DNA from: Candidatus Poribacteria bacterium
GTDB taxonomy: Bacteria; Poribacteria; WGA-4E; WGA-3G
Direction: 5' to 3'
Assembly (NCBI GenBank): GCA_963663765.2
Contig: CAXXUA010000006.1
Location: forward strand, 416,001 to 480,000
DNA length: 64,000 nt
Part shown: positions 62,925 to 64,000 of the stretch, piece after piece
Numbering within the stretch: the stretch's first letter is position 1
How the letters are laid out: each line of letters opens with the position of its first letter
Position numbers and translations under genes: made by a program
Notes under the pieces: generated by a model
The model's input: the letters and a program-made list of their open reading frames with translations, nothing else
Told to the model about the DNA's origin: nothing
Database searches by the model: none

Positions 62925-64000
62925 GTTATTGAAGGTGCAAAGGGAACTGGTGATGAAGGTACTGACGTTGCAATAGATAATATTGACGGTTGGTTCACGA
63001 TTGATAGTAACTCCGGACAGATCAGAACAAATTCACCCATAAGTCACGAATCGTGGAGTTCCTTCACTTTCACCGTTAAAGTGACTGATGGGAACGGTGG
63101 TAGTGACACGATCATTGTTACGGTTAATGTGAGAGATATCAACACCGCTTCCCCAGTGTTTACCGAGGGAGATTCTTCAACAAGGTCAATCCCAGAGAAT
63201 ACTGGTCCGAATGTCAACGTCGGTGCTCCTGTCACCGCCACGGATGCGGATGGTACGACATTATCATACACGATGAGACATTTAGATCTCGGTTTCTTTG
63301 ATCCAGATGTTTTCACAATTGACAGTGCAACCGGGCAGATAAAGACGAAATTACCGCTGGATTTTGAAACAAAGCGATCCTATAGAGTGAGTGTAACTGT
63401 ATGGGATGGTGATCATACCTTACCCCTTGTACGCACCGATAGAATTTTCATTAACATCAATATAAGCAATGTCAACGAAGCACCTATCATCAAGCAAGGC
63501 AGTTCTGCGACTTTCAGTGTGAATGAGAACACCGCTGCAGACACAAATATCGGTTCCCCTTTCACGGCATCCGATGAAGATGGCGATGACATATCTTGGT
63601 CACTTGATGGTACTGATAAGGATTCCTTTAATATTGATGAAAATACGGGGCAGGTTAAGACCAGTGATGCATTGGACTATGAGACAAAGAGATCCTATTC
63701 CATGAAAGTGGTTGCAAGTGATGGGAATAATGGAACAGATTCGCTTGATCTCACAATAACTCTGAATGACCTCTTTGAAAACCCACTGCTTGTGAATCGC
63801 ACACCCCATATCGCATGGAAAATCATATCAGAAACTGGTGTGAGTAATGAGGCTGAAATAACAGAAGCTCATCTCGCAGCAATTCAAAGATTGTTAATTA
63901 ATAGAACAAGCTTAAGTTCTCTTATGGAAGATGATTTTGATGGGTTATCAGGATTAACAAAACTTTTTTTATGGAACAATGAACTGACAAGTCTACCAGA

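Larger units (their letters stand above)
53954..64000 (+). pseudogene. Giant LRR/cadherin protein 3 (about 21 cadherin-like repeats), interrupted by ISAs1; runs off the window
   Basis: The frame resumes at 62925 (VIEGAKG...WFTIDSNSGQIRT) and continues through cadherin units into LRRs (DFDGLSGLTKLFLWNNELTSLP). Confidence 0.92.

Overview
AT-rich (roughly 40% GC) bacterial accessory region. The protein repertoire suggests Candidatus Poribacteria or a similar sponge-type symbiont (inference): a C-terminal 'NYPNPFNPETWIPYQLA...RKMLIxK' domain, LRR/cadherin giants, dockerin-like and FRG-TPR proteins. From left to right: (1) the trailer part of a long CRISPR array, 76 visible 30-bp repeats and no cas genes in the window, split by a ~1.95-kb nest of miniature transposons (MITEs); (2) an Omp85-barrel/DUF4956/SdiA-like operon, an intact IS50-like IS4 element and a STAS gene; (3) two convergent ~1130-aa paralogues that look like catalytically dead primase-helicase fusions, enclosing two FRG-TPR genes (one MITE-disrupted), thiO and a 125-bp duplicated promoter/leader; (4) three tandem giant secreted LRR-cadherin genes with mosaic similarity, the third broken by an intact ISAs1 element. 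Intergenic DNA is filled with at least eight MITE families, GTAG-type REPs and tandem arrays that vary in copy number between element copies. All calls come from reading the sequence by eye; no searches were run.
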